DNA from: an uncultured Nitrospinota bacterium
GTDB lineage: Bacteria; Tectomicrobia; Entotheonellia; J063; CAVPRW01
Direction of reading: 5' to 3'
Length of the DNA stretch: 64,000 nucleotides
Assembly (NCBI GenBank): GCA_963707985.1
Contig: CAVPRW010000034.1
Span: forward strand, 1-64,000
Below, in pieces: positions 35,670 through 45,656 of this stretch. The notes beneath the pieces are model-generated. The model ran no database searches. It was not told the origin of the DNA and saw only the letters and a list, made by a program, of their open reading frames with translations. A program made the position numbers and the translations under genes. Each line of letters begins with the position of its first letter. The stretch's first letter is position 1.

Positions 35670-36824
35670 ATGGGGATGATCGCAACGATGGCACTCGGAC
35701 CGCATAGGCAGCGCTCGCCTCGGCTCATGACCGACGAAGCGGGTGTGGCGCTGGTTATCACTCTAGTCATTGTCACACTAGTGGCGATTATCGTCCTCGA
35801 GCTGAGCTACCTGATGCGGGTCGATGTCCATGCTTCAACCAATTTTCGCGATGGAGTTAAAGCTTATTATCTGGCCAAGTCCGGTGTGATTATGGTCAAA
35901 GAGCTGTTCAGTCGAAATAGCCAGGAACTCGAGGAGCTCAAGGACACCCTCCTTGCCGGAGGTTCCCATACGCTACCGATTGGCGACGGATCGGCCACCG
36001 TGCGCGTCATCGACGAAACCGGCAAGATCAACGTCAACGCGCTGGTCATTGACACCGCTTCCCCTCAGCAGGCCGCCGGGGCCCAACTACCCCAGGCGCA
36101 GCAGGCCGCTGGGGGCCAACTGCCCCAGGCACAGCAGGCCGCCGGGGCCCAACTGCCCCAGGCACAACGCGGCGGTCAATCCCGTGAGGCCCAAACGGCC
36201 AACCCATGGATTCAGCCGATGCAAGACCTCTTTCAGCGGCTGGGCATCGATCCGACGCTCGTCGGTGCTCTTGTTGACTGGATTGATGTTGATGATATTC
36301 CCACGGGTTCGGGAGGTGCTGAGAGCAGTTATTACCAAGGTTTGGAGAAGCCCTATAGGGCTAGGAACGGGCCCATGGAAACGATCGCCGAACTCCGCCT
36401 CATTAAGGGCTTTACCGATGAGGTACTGCTCAAGCTTGGGGCGCGTCGAGTGGGCGGAATCGTCGACCCTGCCACCAACCTGTATTTAGCCGCGGTGCCG
36501 ATGCCACCGGGAGGGAGCTGGCGAGTCAATCTCAACACTGCACCAATAGCGATCTTACAAAGCATGACCCGTGAGATGGGGCAGTTCGCCGACGCCATTG
36601 TACAGCAGCGGTCACAGCACCGCATCGAAAAGATCGACGAACTCCAACAGGTTGGCGTTAGCGGAGAAGCCTTGCAAAATTTTCAGCAGCTGGGCACTCT
36701 GACCAGCCTCTATTACGCGGTTGAGTCCCGTGGCACCGTGGGGGATATGGTGAGACAAATCACCGCTCTGATTCGAATGGGCGGAGATCAAATCAGTCAG
36801 ACCCTCTACTGGCGAGTGCAGTAG
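35670..36824 (+). CDS. gspK: T2SS minor pseudopilin K
   Basis: GVALVITL, DETGKINVN, LVDWIDVDD, GAESSYY, ELRLIKG, VNLNTAP. Confidence 0.9.
   Translation: MGMIATMALGPHRQRSPRLMTDEAGVALVITLVIVTLVAIIVLELSYLMRVDVHASTNFRDGVKAYYLAKSGVIMVKELFSRNSQELEELKDTLLAGGSHTLPIGDGSATVRVIDETGKINVNALVIDTASPQQAAGAQLPQAQQAAGGQLPQAQQAAGAQLPQAQRGGQSREAQTANPWIQPMQDLFQRLGIDPTLVGALVDWIDVDDIPTGSGGAESSYYQGLEKPYRARNGPMETIAELRLIKGFTDEVLLKLGARRVGGIVDPATNLYLAAVPMPPGGSWRVNLNTAPIAILQSMTREMGQFADAIVQQRSQHRIEKIDELQQVGVSGEALQNFQQLGTLTSLYYAVESRGTVGDMVRQITALIRMGGDQISQTLYWRVQ
36066..36164 (+). repeat. 3 x 33-bp in-frame tandem repeat inside gspK
   Basis: Near-identical units CAGCAGGCCGCCGGGGCCCAACTACCCCAGGCG encoding QQAAG(A/G)QLPQA. 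Confidence 0.95.
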
Positions 36825-36841
36825 AGAAGGCAGGGGAGTGG

Positions 36842-37729
36842 ATGTGGAGAGCACGTCGACCGCTCGTGTTGGTTGGCTATCTATGCTATACCGTGGCGCT
36901 ATTTGTATTGTTCACGTATCTTAAATTCCCGAGCCAACAGGTCCGGGCTTTCGTGCTCACGACATTAAATCATCATGGATTGGGACAGATTCGTATTGGG
37001 TCAATCCGCCCCTTCTTACCCGCAGGTTTGACGTTCAAGGAGGTGAGTATCACCCATGACGTCGATGGCCATTCGCTCGAACTGATGCGCATGCCAGAAC
37101 TCCAGGTGCACCTTCGGACTTTATACCCCTTTGCAAATCCGATACGCATTGGCTTTGAAGGAGAGGTATACGGCGGTATGTTCTTGGGTGCGGTCGAGTG
37201 GGAACACAACGGTACGGGACCAATGCTAGGCATCCACATCGAGCTGCAAGATATCCGACCGGCAATCCACCCGCTCACGACCAAACTGGGCAATGCCATC
37301 GTGGCAGGGAAGCTGGCAGGCACTATCGCCTTACAACTCTCGAATGGGCGTTGGCAAGATGGCAACGGTCGACTGATGCTCCACGGCGAAGCAGGGAATA
37401 TCGCCGGTCTGACGATCGGCAGCGTCCAACTTCCTGCCCTGACCTACGATCGGCTCACGGTTGAGCTCGTCCTTCAGCAGCGTCATGTGGAGGTGAAAGA
37501 CGTACAGATGAGTGGTCGCGATTGGCAAGTTACCGTTCAGGGGAGCGTCAGTCTGAATGAGCGCCTGCGACAAAGCCCCGTGGATCTGACCTTGCGCGTG
37601 CACACCTCGGAAGCGTTTGAGCAACAGCTTGGACTTGCCGGTATACTCCTGAAGCAGCGCCGCGACCGACTAGGCTCTAGCACCCTTAAGATTAATGGAA
37701 CACTGGAACATCTCAATCCGGTGCTGTAA
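36842..37729 (+). CDS. gspN: T2SS protein GspN-like
   Basis: N-terminal TM ending FTYLKFP, beta-rich body, C-terminal INGTLEHL; position in the gsp cluster. Confidence 0.7.
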   Translation: MWRARRPLVLVGYLCYTVALFVLFTYLKFPSQQVRAFVLTTLNHHGLGQIRIGSIRPFLPAGLTFKEVSITHDVDGHSLELMRMPELQVHLRTLYPFANPIRIGFEGEVYGGMFLGAVEWEHNGTGPMLGIHIELQDIRPAIHPLTTKLGNAIVAGKLAGTIALQLSNGRWQDGNGRLMLHGEAGNIAGLTIGSVQLPALTYDRLTVELVLQQRHVEVKDVQMSGRDWQVTVQGSVSLNERLRQSPVDLTLRVHTSEAFEQQLGLAGILLKQRRDRLGSSTLKINGTLEHLNPVL

Positions 37730-37867
37730 GGATCGCACCCCCACATCTAGCAGCTGACAGCCGAGCATTACGTGGTAGAAGAAGCCAGGACAGATTCTTA
37801 CATCCAACTTTACGGCCCGGCACTGATCATGGTGTCACGATCGGGGGACCGGGCCTCAGAAGAGAAG

Positions 37868-38239
37868 CTACTTGCTGCAGCACAGCGTGCGGACGTAAGC
37901 GATGATATCCTCAATCTGGGGGTCTTTCAGGGAAGCTCCCCAAGGTGGCATCAGGGGAGATTTGCCGACGGAAGCCCCGCCGTTCTTGATGACTTTGAGC
38001 ATGTCTTCGTCCGACAGCTTGGACATATAGTCTTTGTCGGTATGGTCCCGAGGCTTTGGGTTAAGGGCGGCCGCCGCCGCGCCATCCCCCTTACCCGACT
38101 GCCCATGGCACGATACACAAAACTGCCCGTAGAGTTTTTTCCCTTGCTCGACGTCTGCTGCCCGAGCTATAAGAGACGAGCCCAGCACAACTGTACAGAG
38201 GGCCATGATGAATAGCATCATCTCATCTAGACGCTTCAC
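37868..38239 (-). CDS. Periplasmic monoheme c-type cytochrome
   Basis: Signal peptide, CVSCH, GKGDG, distal MPPWG. Confidence 0.9.
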   Translation of the reverse strand: MKRLDEMMLFIMALCTVVLGSSLIARAADVEQGKKLYGQFCVSCHGQSGKGDGAAAAALNPKPRDHTDKDYMSKLSDEDMLKVIKNGGASVGKSPLMPPWGASLKDPQIEDIIAYVRTLCCSK

Positions 38240-38475
38240 TGCTATGCACCTCCTTCACTCACACGTGGTCGACCTGCCTCCATCCAAACCATCGGAGGCA
38301 TTCTTCAAGGTCGGACAGGAATGCGACTCGGGGGAACCGACGGACGGCCATCTGGCAATTGGCACCACTGCCATCGATACTGACGGCTTAATGATTTGCC
38401 CGCACTATAACAGGTCGATATTTGAGCTGTCAAGGTTTCGAGGCTTTCGATCAGCTCTGATAGAGGGGGACACAC

Positions 38476-38961
38476 GTGAGGGAATTGAGTCACGTCAATG
38501 ACCATGGCAAGGCCCACATGGTAGATGTCGGAGATAAGCCCGACACGGTGCGCGAGGCGCGGGCACGAGGAGCCGTCGTCATGCTGCCCTCGACGTTGGA
38601 GCTGATCCAGAATAACGCCTTACAGAAAGGGGACGTGCTGGCGGTCGCGAAAATCGCTGGCATCATGGCCGCCAAGCGTACATCTGAGTTGATCCCACTG
38701 TGTCACCCATTGCCGTTGACGAGTGTCGACCTAACGTTTGGCATGGATCCCAGCGCGGGCCGAATCGATATTGAGAGTGTGGCACGTGTGACCGGTAAGA
38801 CTGGCGTGGAGATGGAGGCGTTGACAGCTGTTGCGGCGGCAGCGCTCACTGTGTATGACATGTGCAAAGCGGTAGACCGCGAGATGTGCATCACGGATGT
38901 TCGCCTCATTGAAAAACGGGGGGGGCGGAGCGGTTTCTATCACCGCACGGGGGAGAGGTAG
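38476..38961 (+). CDS. moaC: Cyclic pyranopterin monophosphate synthase
   Basis: MVDVG, LIPLCHP, TGVEMEALT, YDMCKA. Confidence 0.96.
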   Translation: MRELSHVNDHGKAHMVDVGDKPDTVREARARGAVVMLPSTLELIQNNALQKGDVLAVAKIAGIMAAKRTSELIPLCHPLPLTSVDLTFGMDPSAGRIDIESVARVTGKTGVEMEALTAVAAAALTVYDMCKAVDREMCITDVRLIEKRGGRSGFYHRTGER

Positions 38962-40325
38962 TGACCGGAAAGGTGCGTACAATATACGTCTGCCAGAGCT
39001 GTGCCTATCAGAGCAGCAAGTGGCTTGGGCGTTGCCCTGAATGTGAGCAGTGGAGCAGTTTCGTCGAGCAGCGCACGTCGAGGCCAACTCACCACCATAC
39101 GGGTGCAGGTGGGAAGGCTACGGCGAGGCCCACGGCGATCACCGAGGTGAGCGCTGATGAGGGAGAGCGCTTGCCGACCGGCATTACAGAACTCGATCGC
39201 GTGCTGGGCGGCGGCGCCCTACCCGGGATGGTGATACTTGTCGGCGGTGATCCCGGCATCGGCAAATCGACGTTGCTCTTGCAGGTCGCTGGATACATAA
39301 GCAGCAGCGGGCAACCTGTACTGTATGTTTCCGGCGAGGAATCGGCCAAGCAAACTCGCCTGCGAGCCGATCGTATCAGCGCCTTATCCGAGCATTTACT
39401 CATTCTCCCGGATACGTCGGTGGAGCACATTTTGGAGCACGTTGAACGGTTGCAACCCAGGCTGGTGGTGGTTGATTCAGTCCAGGCCCTGTCTTCGGAG
39501 CAGCTTCAATCCGGCGCCGGGAGCATTAGTCAGGTGCGGGACGTAACCGCACGCGTCGTCGAAATGGCCAAAACCGCTGGCATCGCAACCTTCTTAGTAG
39601 GGCATGTGACCAAGGATGGGACTCTCGCGGGTCCAAAGGTACTTGAACACATGGTTGATTGTGTACTCTATTTTGAAGGCGAGGCGAGCCAGACGTTTCG
39701 TATCTTGCGCGCGGTGAAAAATCGCTTTGGGTCAGTCAATGAAATAGGCGTGTTTGAGATGACGACGGCAGGCCTTCGTGAGGTGTGTAATCCCTCTCAA
39801 CTTTTTTTGAGGGAGCGTCCAGAAGGCACTTCTGGGTCGGTCGTGGTCTGCACCCTGGAGGGCACCCGTCCTTTACTCATTGAGGTCCAGGCTCTCGCCT
39901 CGCCCTCACCCCTGGCCATGCCAAGACGTGTCGCAACCGGGTTTGATGTCAATCGGGTGGCATTGTTGATCGCCATTCTCGAGAAGCGTGTCGGCCTTCA
40001 TCTCCATGGCGAGGACGTCTACTTGAATGTCGCCGGTGGAATTCGCGTCACTGAACCTGCCGTCGATTTGGGGGTAGCCACAGCCATTGCTTCCAGCTTT
40101 CGTGATCGTCCCATCGACCCGCGCACGGTGATCATGGGGGAGGTGGGGTTAGGAGGGGAGGTTCGGGCCATTCCACACCTCGAAGGTCGTCTACGAGAGG
40201 CTGAGAAACTGGGCTTCCAGCAGGCGGTGATTCCAGAACCGCAGCGTCCGCTAGGAGTTCTCGCTGGCAAACTTCATATCATCCCAGTTACTTCTGTCAT
40301 TAGTGCTTTCGAAAATCTCTTTTGA
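38961..40325 (+). CDS. radA: DNA repair protein RadA/Sms
   Basis: CQSC..CPEC, GDPGIGKST, KNRFG. Confidence 0.96.
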   Translation: MTGKVRTIYVCQSCAYQSSKWLGRCPECEQWSSFVEQRTSRPTHHHTGAGGKATARPTAITEVSADEGERLPTGITELDRVLGGGALPGMVILVGGDPGIGKSTLLLQVAGYISSSGQPVLYVSGEESAKQTRLRADRISALSEHLLILPDTSVEHILEHVERLQPRLVVVDSVQALSSEQLQSGAGSISQVRDVTARVVEMAKTAGIATFLVGHVTKDGTLAGPKVLEHMVDCVLYFEGEASQTFRILRAVKNRFGSVNEIGVFEMTTAGLREVCNPSQLFLRERPEGTSGSVVVCTLEGTRPLLIEVQALASPSPLAMPRRVATGFDVNRVALLIAILEKRVGLHLHGEDVYLNVAGGIRVTEPAVDLGVATAIASSFRDRPIDPRTVIMGEVGLGGEVRAIPHLEGRLREAEKLGFQQAVIPEPQRPLGVLAGKLHIIPVTSVISAFENLF

Positions 40326-40348
40326 GGTGGGATTTCCCGCCTATGCGC

Positions 40349-40377
40349 TTGACCGTCAGGCTCCATCGTGGTATGAT
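40349..40377 (+). promoter_or_regulatory. sigma70 promoter for PIN/TRAM-ispD-ispF-rlmB
   Basis: TTGACC-N17-TATGAT with extended TG. Confidence 0.6.
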
Positions 40378-40474
40378 TTTTGTATATGTAAGGCCTCACT
40401 TTCAATCACCTATAGGGCTGTGGCAGCTCATATCGCTGGGCGTGGTCTCGTCACTCTCGCGCTCCATTGGGGAG

Positions 40475-41521
40475 GTGAGATTCATTGGGATAAGTTTATT
40501 ACGTCTCGGGTTCGTCCTCTTAGCTGCATTCTTAGGCTATCACATTGGTGCCCCACAGATTGCCAATATGGAGTTCTCGTGGCTTGGTACGATGATCGGC
40601 ATCGCACTTGCTGCTGGAATCATTGCGATCGAACGGGGAGCCCAGAAGATTCCGCCCAAGGTTCTGCTTGGTGGGCTTCTAGGTTTAATTGTATCGCTTC
40701 TGCTGGGACACCTTCTAACGATGTCCCTACTATCCATCCCCTCGATTGGGGACTCGGAAAACATTGCGTTGCAAGGTTTGGTCCACGCAGGTCTGGCCTA
40801 TATTGGTCTGGTGCTGGGGGCTCGTAAAGGTGCAGCGTTTGACCTGACCGAATATAAGAAGCTGTTCAGGGGCGAGGCGAAGGAGGAAAATCCAAAGTTG
40901 CTTGACACGAGCGTGATCATCGATGGTCGTGTCGCAGATATCTGTGAAACGGGATTTCTCGAGGGTACGCTGATTATTCCACAATTTGTCTTGCGTGAAT
41001 TACAGCAAATCGCCGACTCCTCTGATCCGATCAAGCGCAACCGCGGACGACGCGGATTAGATATTCTCCAGCGCATTCAACGCAGTGTGGATGTACAGGT
41101 TAAGATCATCGAGCAGGATTTCCCAAAGATCCGTGATGTTGATTCCAAGTTGGTGGCATTGGGAAAGCAATTGGGAGCTAAGATTCTGACGAATGACTTC
41201 AACCTCAACAAAGTGGCAGAGTTGCAAGGGGTGCCTGTGTTAAACGTCAATCAGCTCGCCAATGCGGTCAGACCCGTTGTGTTGCCAGGCGAACTGATGC
41301 ATGTTCACATTCTGAAAGAGGGAAAAGAGTACGGTCAGGGCGTAGCCTATCTCGACGACGGCACCATGGTGGTCGTCGATAGCGCCCGCAAATATGTCGG
41401 GAAGAATGTCGATGTAGCGGTCACGAGCGTTCTGCAGACCACTGCTGGGCGCATGATTTTCACCCGTTTAAAGGATGACTTAGACCGCGAGGAAAGCCTA
41501 GAGAGCAAGGTGGGGCGATGA
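40475..41521 (+). CDS. Membrane-bound PIN/TRAM domain protein (YacL-like)
   Basis: TM helices, LDTSVIIDGR, RGRRGLDIL, TNDFNLNKVA, VLQTTAGRMIF; start uncertain. Confidence 0.92.
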   Translation: MRFIGISLLRLGFVLLAAFLGYHIGAPQIANMEFSWLGTMIGIALAAGIIAIERGAQKIPPKVLLGGLLGLIVSLLLGHLLTMSLLSIPSIGDSENIALQGLVHAGLAYIGLVLGARKGAAFDLTEYKKLFRGEAKEENPKLLDTSVIIDGRVADICETGFLEGTLIIPQFVLRELQQIADSSDPIKRNRGRRGLDILQRIQRSVDVQVKIIEQDFPKIRDVDSKLVALGKQLGAKILTNDFNLNKVAELQGVPVLNVNQLANAVRPVVLPGELMHVHILKEGKEYGQGVAYLDDGTMVVVDSARKYVGKNVDVAVTSVLQTTAGRMIFTRLKDDLDREESLESKVGR

Positions 41522-42246
41522 TCACTGCTGCCTTGATCGCCGCGGCGGGACGAGGCCAGCGGGTGGGGTACGACGTTGAGAAGCAATTTCTGCAACTCAG
41601 AGGTAAACCCCTGCTCGCCTACACGCTAGCTGGGTTTGAGGCGACGCCGACTATCGACCGCATCGTATTAATTGTCCCGGCGGGACGTGAAACTTTTTGT
41701 TACCATGAAATTGTCACACCTGGGGGGATGCGAAAAGTCACTCACATCGTGGCTGGCGGAGAGACACGCCAGCGTTCGGTTATGGCTGGCTTTAGTTGTC
41801 TTGATCAGGATGTTGATATCGTTGTCATCCATGATGGTGCACGACCGTTTGTCACTCCATCGCTAATTCGAACGGCAGTTGATGCTGCTTTAGCGGACGG
41901 TAGCGCGGTGGCTGCGATCCCAGAATCAGATACCCTAAAGCGCGTCTCAGGTGTGGGCACCATCATCGAAACGGTGGATCGGCGGAACCTGTGGAGAGCG
42001 CAGACGCCGCAGGCGTTCCGTCGTACAATTTTGCAACAGGCGTTCGCGTATGCCGCAGAGCACAACCTCGATACGACCGATGAAGCCTCATTAATCGAGT
42101 GGCTGTCATGGCCAGTGCGAATTTTCCCAGGATCCGTCTGGAATTTCAAGATCACCTCCCCTGATGATCTGCTGTTGGCGGAGTTGCTATTGGGCCACCA
42201 TGCCAAGCTAGGCTATCCGATTGGGAACGCTCGGGAGCACCAGTGA
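41518..42246 (+). CDS. ispD: MEP cytidylyltransferase
   Basis: AAGRGQR, KQF, HDGARP, QTPQAF, KIT. Confidence 0.95.
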   Translation: MITAALIAAAGRGQRVGYDVEKQFLQLRGKPLLAYTLAGFEATPTIDRIVLIVPAGRETFCYHEIVTPGGMRKVTHIVAGGETRQRSVMAGFSCLDQDVDIVVIHDGARPFVTPSLIRTAVDAALADGSAVAAIPESDTLKRVSGVGTIIETVDRRNLWRAQTPQAFRRTILQQAFAYAAEHNLDTTDEASLIEWLSWPVRIFPGSVWNFKITSPDDLLLAELLLGHHAKLGYPIGNAREHQ

Positions 42247-42722
42247 GAATCGGCATTGGATACGATATACATCGGCTGGTGAATGGACGTCCACTCATTC
42301 TGGGCGGGGTGAGGATAGATTCAGAGTGTGGCCTTGAAGGGCACTCTGATGCGGATGTGCTGTTGCATGCCATCAGTGATGCATTGTTGGGTGCACTGGC
42401 GTTGGGAGACCTCGGCCATCATTTTCCGGATTCAGACCCACGCTATCGGGGGATTGCTAGTGTAAAGCTTCTCGAAAAAGTTATCGAGATGGTGCAAGAC
42501 CAGAACTACAGGCTTCACAACCTGGATGCTGTGGTGATCGCTCAAAAACCTCGCCTCGCCACATACATCCCCGCGATTCGGAAGAATGTCGCCGACATAC
42601 TCGCTACGGATCTCGGAGCAATCAGCGTCAAGGCGAAGACCGCTGAGAGCCTAGGAGCCCTTGGCCGTAGTGAAGGCATTGCCGTGCACGCCGTATGTCT
42701 TATCACTCAGGGTAGTTGTTAG
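42243..42722 (+). CDS. ispF: MEcPP synthase
   Basis: GYDIH, GHSDADV, GDLGHHFPD. Confidence 0.96.
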   Translation: MRIGIGYDIHRLVNGRPLILGGVRIDSECGLEGHSDADVLLHAISDALLGALALGDLGHHFPDSDPRYRGIASVKLLEKVIEMVQDQNYRLHNLDAVVIAQKPRLATYIPAIRKNVADILATDLGAISVKAKTAESLGALGRSEGIAVHAVCLITQGSC

Positions 42723-42725
42723 CCC

Positions 42726-43577
42726 ATGCACCATCATAAGCTTCGTCCCAATCATGCCTCGGCCTCCGCTGTCCCTCGCTCCAGCCCACGAGGCGACCAT
42801 CATGTACTTTGCGGGATTCATGCGATTCAGGAAGCATTGCGCATGGGGACCCGGCGGATTGAGAGCATCTGGATGGCCGAGGGGAAGGAGGGAAAGCGTC
42901 TGCAACAGGTGAAGGCACTCGCGGCGGCGCGTCGGACGCCGATCGAAATTGTTGCTGATACTCGGTTGCTGGAAGTGGCAGGGACAGCGGTGCACCAGGG
43001 CATCGTTGCGTTCGTGGCATCGCCACCCCTACTGACCTTGGACGAATTGACCTCGCGACTTGCACTCCAAACCCCGATCCCGCACCTCGCTGCCCTGGAT
43101 GGGGTAAAAGACCCACGTAATCTAGGGGCGATAATCCGTTCAGCCGCGGCGTTTGGCATAGGGGGGATGATCGTGCCTGCACGACGCGCCGTCGGCATTA
43201 CGGCAACCGTTACGAAGGCCGCCGCGGGTGGGCTTGAACATGTTGGCGTGGCCGAGGTTGCCAATCTCTCCCAGAGTCTTGAACGACTGAAACGCCTGGG
43301 ATTTTGGATCGTGGGCACCGATGAGCAAGCCGAGATCTCGTGTCGGACATTCGCGTTTCCCTCACCACTTGTACTTGTCCTGGGCGACGAGGGTTCCGGC
43401 ATCAGTCCGCTGGTCAAGCGCCACTGTGATGCACTGGTAAGCATTCCTGTGCATGGGCCACTGCGCTCACTCAATGTTGCGGTGGCGGCTGCCGTGCTAT
43501 TTTATGAAGTGATGGGACGCGCGCTTCGACAAGGTGTCCTATCCGCCATACCTGATCCCAAAACGTCATCCCTGTAG
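42726..43577 (+). CDS. rlmB: 23S rRNA Gm2251 methyltransferase (SpoU family)
   Basis: HQGIVA, DPRNLGAIIRSA, GDEGSG, SLNVAVA. Confidence 0.9.
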   Translation: MHHHKLRPNHASASAVPRSSPRGDHHVLCGIHAIQEALRMGTRRIESIWMAEGKEGKRLQQVKALAAARRTPIEIVADTRLLEVAGTAVHQGIVAFVASPPLLTLDELTSRLALQTPIPHLAALDGVKDPRNLGAIIRSAAAFGIGGMIVPARRAVGITATVTKAAAGGLEHVGVAEVANLSQSLERLKRLGFWIVGTDEQAEISCRTFAFPSPLVLVLGDEGSGISPLVKRHCDALVSIPVHGPLRSLNVAVAAAVLFYEVMGRALRQGVLSAIPDPKTSSL

Positions 43578-43845
43578 CTTTTTGGCATCGTTTGTGGTAT
43601 AAGTATCGCTACGCTGCCGCTGGGGTTTGTGCTAGAACCTGTGTCTGCGTAGCACTGAGCTGCCTGCCGATCATTGAGATCCCGGCTGATGCCTGTGAAC
43701 GTTGGAGTGCAGCGTGGACTCGCCAGACTAGGTCCTATGCTCGCCAGATCAAGACGTTTCCCGAGAGAGGCATGCCCATGCATTCGGTGGCGACCATGTA
43801 TCCTCTGGGCGGCTTGAGCCCGTGTTTTCGTCATCAAAATTATGC

Positions 43846-43874
43846 TTGACGTTGGAGACACCCAAGCGTATACT
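43846..43874 (+). promoter_or_regulatory. sigma70 promoter of the tRNA cluster
   Basis: TTGACG-N17-TATACT immediately before tRNA-Thr. Confidence 0.75.
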
Positions 43875-43890
43875 AGCGAGTTCGCGCTGG

Positions 43891-43962
43891 GCTGGCGTAG
43901 CTCAGGGGTAGAGCAGCTGATTTGTAATCAGCCGGTCGGGGGTTCAAATCCCTTCGCCAGCT
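43891..43962 (+). tRNA. tRNA-Thr (TGT)
   Basis: Cloverleaf, GCTGA-TTTGTAA-TCAGC; CCA not encoded. Confidence 0.95.
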
Positions 43963-44041
43963 CTGGTCTTACATGTGTTCCCCTGCATGCTATCGACCCG
44001 CATTTATTACTGGGTGCAAGCTGCCAATTCACCACAGACTG

Positions 44042-44124
44042 GGGGAGGTGCCCGAGCGGCCAAAGGGAGCAGACTGTAAATCTGCCGGCGTACGCCTACG
44101 GAGGTTCGAATCCTCCCCTCCCCA
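44042..44124 (+). tRNA. tRNA-Tyr (GTA)
   Basis: GCAGA-CTGTAAA-TCTGC with long variable arm; CCA not encoded. Confidence 0.95.
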
Positions 44125-44204
44125 CTGGTTAGCACGGGGCCTATAGGTCGGAAGTCATCAGGGAACCGTAGGTGGTTTTAGCCCGGCACGGCTAGGAGGC
44201 CAGG

Positions 44205-44280
<76 letters not shown>

Positions 44281-44302
44281 ATCCGTGCAGCTTATATCAT
44301 TG

Positions 44303-44375
<73 letters not shown>

Positions 44376-44498
44376 CTGGTCGCGTACATAATCGTACGCG
44401 AGGTAGGTTGTCTAGTGTCTGAATCTGGCCGTGTGTATAGACCGGGCCGGTGAGATCGAGTTTAAGAGCCCAATGTCAGCAGAGATCGAGAGCGAGCC

Positions 44499-44648
44499 AT
44501 GCGGGACATCATAACGTTAGCGTGTAACACCTGTCGACAGCGTAATTATTCCACCATGAAAAATAAACGCACGACCCCCGACCGATTGGAGCGCAAGAAA
44601 TATTGTCGTTTCTGCCGAAAGCATACAGCTCATCGCGAAACACGGTGA
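44499..44648 (+). CDS. rpmG: 50S ribosomal protein L33 (Zn-binding form; below the ORF-track cutoff)
   Basis: [49 protein letters not shown]. Confidence 0.96.
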   Translation: MRDIITLACNTCRQRNYSTMKNKRTTPDRLERKKYCRFCRKHTAHRETR

Positions 44649-44711
44649 CGTAGAGAGCTTTTGCCTGTTGCAGAACGAATAATGAGAGGTGTTGTCTCAT
44701 GGCCACGACAG

Positions 44712-44785
44712 GGGCCAGTAGCTCGAACGGCTAGAGCACCGGACTCCAAATCCGGGGGTTGGGGGTTCAAATCCCTCCTGGCCTG
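44712..44785 (+). tRNA. tRNA-Trp (CCA)
   Basis: CCGGA-CTCCAAA-TCCGG; between rpmG and secE. Confidence 0.94.
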
Positions 44786-44844
44786 CTTTTCTCATGTGTC
44801 CATGACGACTGAGGTATGCTACGCTCACTGGTGAGCAACGTCCT

Positions 44845-45039
44845 ATGCGAGAATATGTTGCGCGGGTGACCACTTTTTTGCAGGACGTCCAGGCGGAAAC
44901 GAAGAAAGTCACCTGGCCAAGCCAGAGAGACGTCATGGGCTCCACGCTGGTAGTTATTGTGGCGGTTTTTGTCATCGCTGGTTTCCTCGGAATTATCGAT
45001 TTTATCCTGTCGCTGCTCATCGGCGCACTCATCAAGTGA
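44845..45039 (+). CDS. secE: Preprotein translocase SecE
   Basis: ETKKVTWP plus a single TM. Confidence 0.94.
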   Translation: MREYVARVTTFLQDVQAETKKVTWPSQRDVMGSTLVVIVAVFVIAGFLGIIDFILSLLIGALIK

Positions 45040-45119
45040 CTCCTTCTCATTGACGGCCTCAGCACCGAGAAGAGGTTGCAAGGTATAGCCTTTTAGGCTT
45101 TAACGTGGGTCATACGCGT

Positions 45120-45647
45120 ATGGCGCTGCATTGGTACGTGATTCATACCTACTCAGGCTATGAGGATAAGGTAAAAGCTAGTATTGAAGAGCAGTTCAAG
45201 GCAAAAGGGCTCTCGTCTGCGGTCGGGGAACTGCGCATCCCCACAGAGGATGTTGTCGAAGTGAAAGCTGGTAAGAAGCGCGTCTCGAAGCGAAAATTCT
45301 TCCCTGGCTACCTCCTGATCCAGATGGAAATGAATGATGAGACGTGGTATCTGATTAAAAGCACGCCTAAGGTGACGGGGTTTCTTGGCGGTAATACTCC
45401 GACCCCCTTGACAGAGGCGGAGGTGGAAGAGATTTTAAAGACAGAAACGGCCGAGCCAACGACCCCCAAGCCTAAGGTGCTTTTTGAGGCCGGGGAGAAT
45501 GTCCGGGTTATTGAGGGGCCATTCACGAATTTCACTGGAGTGATCGATGAAGTGAACCTCGAACGCGGCAAATTACGCGTGATGGTGAGCATTTTCGGTC
45601 GGGCTACTCCTGTCGAATTGGACTTCCTACAGGTCGAGAAGATTTAA
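45120..45647 (+). CDS. nusG: Transcription factor NusG
   Basis: WYVIHTYSGYE, FFPGY, VSIFGRATPVEL. Confidence 0.97.
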   Translation: MALHWYVIHTYSGYEDKVKASIEEQFKAKGLSSAVGELRIPTEDVVEVKAGKKRVSKRKFFPGYLLIQMEMNDETWYLIKSTPKVTGFLGGNTPTPLTEAEVEEILKTETAEPTTPKPKVLFEAGENVRVIEGPFTNFTGVIDEVNLERGKLRVMVSIFGRATPVELDFLQVEKI

Positions 45648-45656
45648 GGGGGCTCC

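Noticed and set aside
38240..38475. Moco riboswitch upstream of moaC
   Set aside because: I could not identify the conserved motif elements.
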